In this document: piece by piece, positions 60,701 to 64,000 of the stretch
Numbering within the stretch: position 1 is the stretch's first letter
How the letters are laid out: each line of letters opens with the position of its first letter
IMG/VR virus record: IMGVR_UViG_3300042197_003184
Coordinates: 75,965-139,964 of that record
DNA: 64,000 nucleotides
Source: a virus
Strand: one strand, 5' to 3'
Translations under genes and position numbers: made by a program
Notes under the pieces: model-generated
What the model was told of the DNA's origin: nothing
The model's database searches: none
The model's input: the letters and a program-made list of their open reading frames with translations, nothing else

Positions 60701-62156
60701 TTTGTGTCGGGGTGGCGGTTGGTGTGCGAGTAGCAGTTATTGATGGTGTTACCGTATTGGTTGGAGTAACTGTTGATGTGGGAGTGTTGGTTGGGGTCAG
60801 TGTGTTGGTCGGTGTGATGGTGGGTGTGGGGGTGCTGGTTACAGTAGGAGTAATTGTGGGAGTTATAGAAGGCGTAGGAGATGGCAATACTCCTACAGCA
60901 AAACCTATGGCCACAGGATTTTGACCAACACTAACACGAGCTTTAATATTGGGGTCAACACCAGTAGCTTGACCATCCAATACAATAATATTATCTCCAA
61001 TATTATTTACTAAAAATACATTGTCATTATCATCAGACTCTATTTCAGAAAAATTAGCAGCATTCAGTATATTGGTATATTCTGCCAACACAGCACTATT
61101 TGTTTTGTCTATAATTTGTAGTTTGGCTGGACCAGACACGTTAGACAAATTTAGTTTTTGTGCAAAAATATTATCTTTATCGAATCCTACTGTTGTGTTT
61201 TCTGTTGTGTCTATTTCTATAAGAGAATAAGTATTATTATCAGCTATTATTCGCGATAACTTACTGTTATTGACTGAAACATTAGATACCAACCCATTTA
61301 TTCCTGTTTCTATATCATATGGTTGATAAACAACATAGACCTTGTTGTCTTTGTCTTTTTTCAGTTGTATAGGATTTTGATTCAAGGATAGTACGGTGTC
61401 TATGTACCATGTTAGTTCGTATTTCTTAATGGCTGTGAGAGTTTTTTGTGGGGTGTTACAGACATAGGTTGTGTGGGATTCGTAATCTACTATGATTTGA
61501 TTAGCTCCGGAAGCAACGTCCACTGTATGAACTATTTCGTCAATGGTTGTATCTATGATATAAACTTTATTATTGTAATGATTTAAAACATATCCATGAT
61601 TAGTTAGCGGGTCGATGTCAATTGATACTGTACCATTACCCGTAGAAATTTCTTTGATAATGGTGTGTGTTAGCGTGTCTATTACACACATATTTTTAGA
61701 GTCATTTGTTACATAAATTTTATTATTGTAGCCAATAACATCGGTAGGATTACCATCCACCTGAATTCGACCATATTCTTTGAATAGGTTATTTAATAAT
61801 GGGAGTATTGTTTGTGTTGGTGTCGGAGTAGGTGTGGGATTAATATAATCAACTATGTGTGTGACCGATTGAGACAATCCTATATTTTTAGCATCAATAG
61901 AGTTGGTATCTGTTGGTGATACGGTAATAGTGTATGTCTCTCCATTATTTAATGGAATACTCCAAGATTTAGTTGTGGTGTTTTGACCAATAAAGTCAGA
62001 TAAACCCAAAAAGTATGTTCCGTGAGGTCCACTAAACGATGTCGATAGTATTCGCACACTATAGTATTTATGCAACGGGTCTGCAAAATCCCACGAGATT
62101 AGAGTTCTATTGTTGATAGTTGGGTGGTTGTAAACAACCAGATTAGTGATATTCAT
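57786..62156 (-). CDS. Fibre protein: two YVTN-like beta-propellers, galactose-binding-like domain, Ig, PT linkers
   Basis: IYVTN/AYIANY...V.VID blades; LITNGNF...VDLNG...YGAAIDNI; one full Ig and one Ig N-fragment. Confidence 0.75.
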   Translation of the reverse strand: MNITNLVVYNHPTINNRTLISWDFADPLHKYYSVRILSTSFSGPHGTYFLGLSDFIGQNTTTKSWSIPLNNGETYTITVSPTDTNSIDAKNIGLSQSVTHIVDYINPTPTPTPTQTILPLLNNLFKEYGRIQVDGNPTDVIGYNNKIYVTNDSKNMCVIDTLTHTIIKEISTGNGTVSIDIDPLTNHGYVLNHYNNKVYIIDTTIDEIVHTVDVASGANQIIVDYESHTTYVCNTPQKTLTAIKKYELTWYIDTVLSLNQNPIQLKKDKDNKVYVVYQPYDIETGINGLVSNVSVNNSKLSRIIADNNTYSLIEIDTTENTTVGFDKDNIFAQKLNLSNVSGPAKLQIIDKTNSAVLAEYTNILNAANFSEIESDDNDNVFLVNNIGDNIIVLDGQATGVDPNIKARVSVGQNPVAIGFAVGVLPSPTPSITPTITPTVTSTPTPTITPTNTLTPTNTPTSTVTPTNTVTPSITATRTPTATPTQTRAGCLITNGNFSQPVGTTNGWLSSDIDLWQFGTTDNHYAVDLNGCTSGYLQQTINTVSGTVYNLRFNYAANNYSHKTNLDNPIKTFTVKIINALNNTVYSTQNYSFDVTQYLGYFGDYNAMGWLFASQSFTAVSSSTIIRFESTCPSCGCYGAAIDNICIASSGCNCDYVIPATPTPTPTKTPTTTPTTTPTKTPTPTITPTPTSTPTVTPTRTPTTTPTNTRTPTVTPTPSDPTISRAYIANYGSNSITILHTVNQTVLNTLNNITKPTQLTTNQNESVVYVATEDSTDIVLIDASNYDRSSRTLNLGSDTNIKYLELNDTDTELYVCSSPSSSQPSDIVRLFSNTSTPSIIYYTYAGTDIRKVLFHNNQLYVFDISNLYVFSADLTSLLYSNALSHSYKTSFLNIENNRLYIALSNNTISVYDISSGAPSLITNIILSSSHNGISDITVNRYSGDIYVVCSNSKTVVVIDADTNAVLTSFSTNNQFVPYVIGITDNGSFGYILYSDSTIVDVYAIETNTYLKTLTVGLQPKSIAILNSILVTPTPTPSPTKTSTVTPTKTPTRTPTATPTITPTRTQTPTASPIPPYITIQPTDTTTTQKPIGDGAAIFEVVGGPFYAIYQWEKSVNGTSWTAIPNSNGSYLTLDDLTTLDNNVFYRVKLTNAFGSVTSNTALLTVLGPSLSIVSQPTDQTIGTNGSVTFTVSLDTIFPTPTPTLTLTPTITPTVSQTPSITPTRTPTNTQTPTNTSTPSPTSSITPTRTATPTITPTISITPTITPTNTITSTPTKTPTATKLIIPTVTPTKTRTPTPSPQLPISGIASSSGPLLTSSGGTYGWWTTQIDLQMKLNPLSSYYKDCSFITHLDGNYSGSNTINVINARYYDPILQRFKSLPTQTYWSGTSNIMAYSTTNKLKECLNTYPYRIIYKYNFEAWGGQTYDVDAYVEVAASWIPNTLTFGPYKIRLGAPMIG

Positions 62157-62181
62157 ATCATTCTTTTACACCATTAAACAA

Positions 62182-63300
62182 CTATGAACCAAGACACAAT
62201 AACGAATGAAAGGATCCGCAGCCAACAACATTCCAGTTGGTGGTATTTGCTGGACTTTCTAATTTGGTAATATTGATACTATTACCCGTGGCGGTTCTGC
62301 CCAGTTGACCCAAAGAATTATTACCAAAAGAGTATACTTCTCCGTTGATGTTTGTTAGCAAGGCATGTTCTCTACCACAAGCTAATCTAAGCCAGTTTTG
62401 ACTTTCATCAATCGTTACCAATTCATTAGAATCTGGATAAAATGTAGGTAAATTATTAGTTATATTTTGATAGGAGTATCTGATACCATACGCCCCAATA
62501 GAAGTATATGCTTGAGAAGGATAAGAGGTCGGAATTATGGTGTTGGGGTTTGCCGAATTTTGGGTTAGATTATGAGTGTAGCCCTTAAATGTATATCCAT
62601 ATAATTTTCCGTCTTGTTTAATTGCTAATAAAAACTGATTTCCAATATCTAAAGATATATAATAACTATTATTTGAATTAGGCACTATGCCTGTAGCAGT
62701 ATTGATAGAGCTTGGGGTATAGATGCCATTGGCGGTAACAAAATCATAGGTTCCTCTTACATATATTGCTCCAAGCCTAGCAGCAGCACAGCATGTTGGA
62801 CCAGCAGCAATTAAAGTAGAGCCCTGAAAGTCTGCAATTTGCGTAGGTGTAGTTAGGAAGTTGGAAGTTAGGCCAGAGATGGTTTTATATGTATTATCTC
62901 CTGTCCCAAATACCAAACTATTATAGGTAAGAAATAAACTATAATCACTAGAAGCCGCTATCTGAGCAACAGATCCTGTCATTGTTACTAGAGACGGTGT
63001 GGTAATATTGCCTCCGGTACTAGAACCACATTGACCCAAGGTGTTTTTGCCCCAAGCATAAACTGCTCCGTTACTTTTTAACGCTAAGGAGTGATAGTCT
63101 CCACACGCGACATCAATCCAGTCCGTTGCTGTACCTATGCGTGTTGGCGATGTCTTATTGACCAGTGTACCATCTCCTAGTTGTCCATTGGCATTTAATC
63201 CCCAAGAGTATAGCTCACCAGAAGAAGTAATCGCTAATGAGTGACCATATCCTCCCGACACTTTGGTAACATTTGATAAATTTAAACTAGAAAGTGGCAT
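62182..63300 (-). CDS. RCC1/BLIP-II repeat beta-propeller protein
   Basis: HSLA...G.LYSWG.N..GQLG repeats. Confidence 0.88.
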   Translation of the reverse strand: MPLSSLNLSNVTKVSGGYGHSLAITSSGELYSWGLNANGQLGDGTLVNKTSPTRIGTATDWIDVACGDYHSLALKSNGAVYAWGKNTLGQCGSSTGGNITTPSLVTMTGSVAQIAASSDYSLFLTYNSLVFGTGDNTYKTISGLTSNFLTTPTQIADFQGSTLIAAGPTCCAAARLGAIYVRGTYDFVTANGIYTPSSINTATGIVPNSNNSYYISLDIGNQFLLAIKQDGKLYGYTFKGYTHNLTQNSANPNTIIPTSYPSQAYTSIGAYGIRYSYQNITNNLPTFYPDSNELVTIDESQNWLRLACGREHALLTNINGEVYSFGNNSLGQLGRTATGNSINITKLESPANTTNWNVVGCGSFHSLLCLGS

Positions 63301-63311
63301 GACTGTTCTCC

Positions 63312-64000
63312 TTATGAAGTTGAGTGTAGAGTTCCAGAGCCTTGCTGATCAAACAAGGACTGTTGTGTTGAATGTAAAGAGCCATTACCTCGCTGATCTA
63401 ACGAGAATTGTTGTGTCGAGCTTAAGTCTCCTGAGCCTCGTTGATCCAACTCTGTTTGTTGAGTTGAATGAGTAGAACCCGTACCTCTAGAATCCAATAA
63501 TGATTCTTGTGTGCTATATAGTCCAGACTGAACAACAATATTAGCAGATGGTGTGGGTGTGGATGTTGGTGCCGGGGTTTCAGTTTGAGTTGGTGTGGGC
63601 GTAGATGTTGGAATTGAAGAAACAGACCCTACTTGGGCTATACCTATAATACTAATATCTCCACTGTCATAATTAGCTACATATGCTATAGACGATAATC
63701 CTGATGTGGGTGTTGGTGTAACTGTTGGGGTTTCGGTTGGGGTTACTGTGGACGTGGCAGATGGGGTGTTTAGGGGCTCTTCATTAACCGGTGTTACTGA
63801 TGGAGTATTGGTTGGTGTTTCTGTGGGAGTTTCAGTTGGGGTAACCGTTGGTGTTTCGGTCGGTGTTACTGTGGGAGTTTCAGTTGGGGTTACTGATGGA
63901 GTATTGGTTGGTGTTTCTGTGGGAGTTTCAGTTGGGGTTACTGATGGAGTATTGGTTGGTGTTTCTGTGGGAGTTTCAGTTGGGGTAACCGTTGGTGTTT
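63312..64000 (-). CDS. 3' part of a PT-repeat fibre protein (start lies outside the window)
   Basis: Frame is open from 63998 to the stop at 63312: PT repeats, AYVANYDSGDISII, then 16-aa STQQ repeats. Confidence 0.75.
   Translation of the reverse strand, partial: TPTVTPTETPTETPTNTPSVTPTETPTETPTNTPSVTPTETPTVTPTETPTVTPTETPTETPTNTPSVTPVNEEPLNTPSATSTVTPTETPTVTPTPTSGLSSIAYVANYDSGDISIIGIAQVGSVSSIPTSTPTPTQTETPAPTSTPTPSANIVVQSGLYSTQESLLDSRGTGSTHSTQQTELDQRGSGDLSSTQQFSLDQRGNGSLHSTQQSLFDQQGSGTLHSTS
63797..64000. repeat. 48-bp-based tandem repeats encoding [16 protein letters not shown]
   Basis: gtattggttggtgtttctgtgggagtttcagttgggg recurs at about 63805, 63901 and 63949. Confidence 0.8.

Overview
AT-rich, gene-dense segment of a large tailed-phage genome. 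No rRNA, tRNA or CRISPR array was seen. Layout: (1) 138-3448, plus strand: a LamG + Pro/Thr-repeat protein and a small Cys-rich protein. (2) 3445-30932, minus strand: a glycosyltransferase cluster and a replication/recombination/nucleotide module (SSB, intein-less two-gene DnaE with a DEDDh exonuclease between the halves, Cas4-like nuclease, dNMP kinase, primase, DnaB, RecA, HNH, PhoH, dUTPase, class II RNR, dCMP deaminase). (3) 30980-64000, minus strand: about 33 kb of adhesin/fibre genes (LamG, FN3, Ig-like, Gly-rich, fibrinogen-like, YVTN, RCC1, mucin-like PT linkers) with an embedded tyrosine recombinase and high-GC patches. Main finding: the fibre genes do not break at domain boundaries. 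FN3, LamG and Ig domains are opened in one gene and completed at or near the start of a later, separately initiated gene, in last-opened-first-closed order. Collapsing all insertions in 32395-51675 leaves the terminal domains of the small neighbour 30980-32110. I infer a branched multi-chain adhesin held together by split-domain complementation and built by recursive domain insertion; several junctions carry short direct repeats. All domain calls are by-eye motif recognition, not database results.
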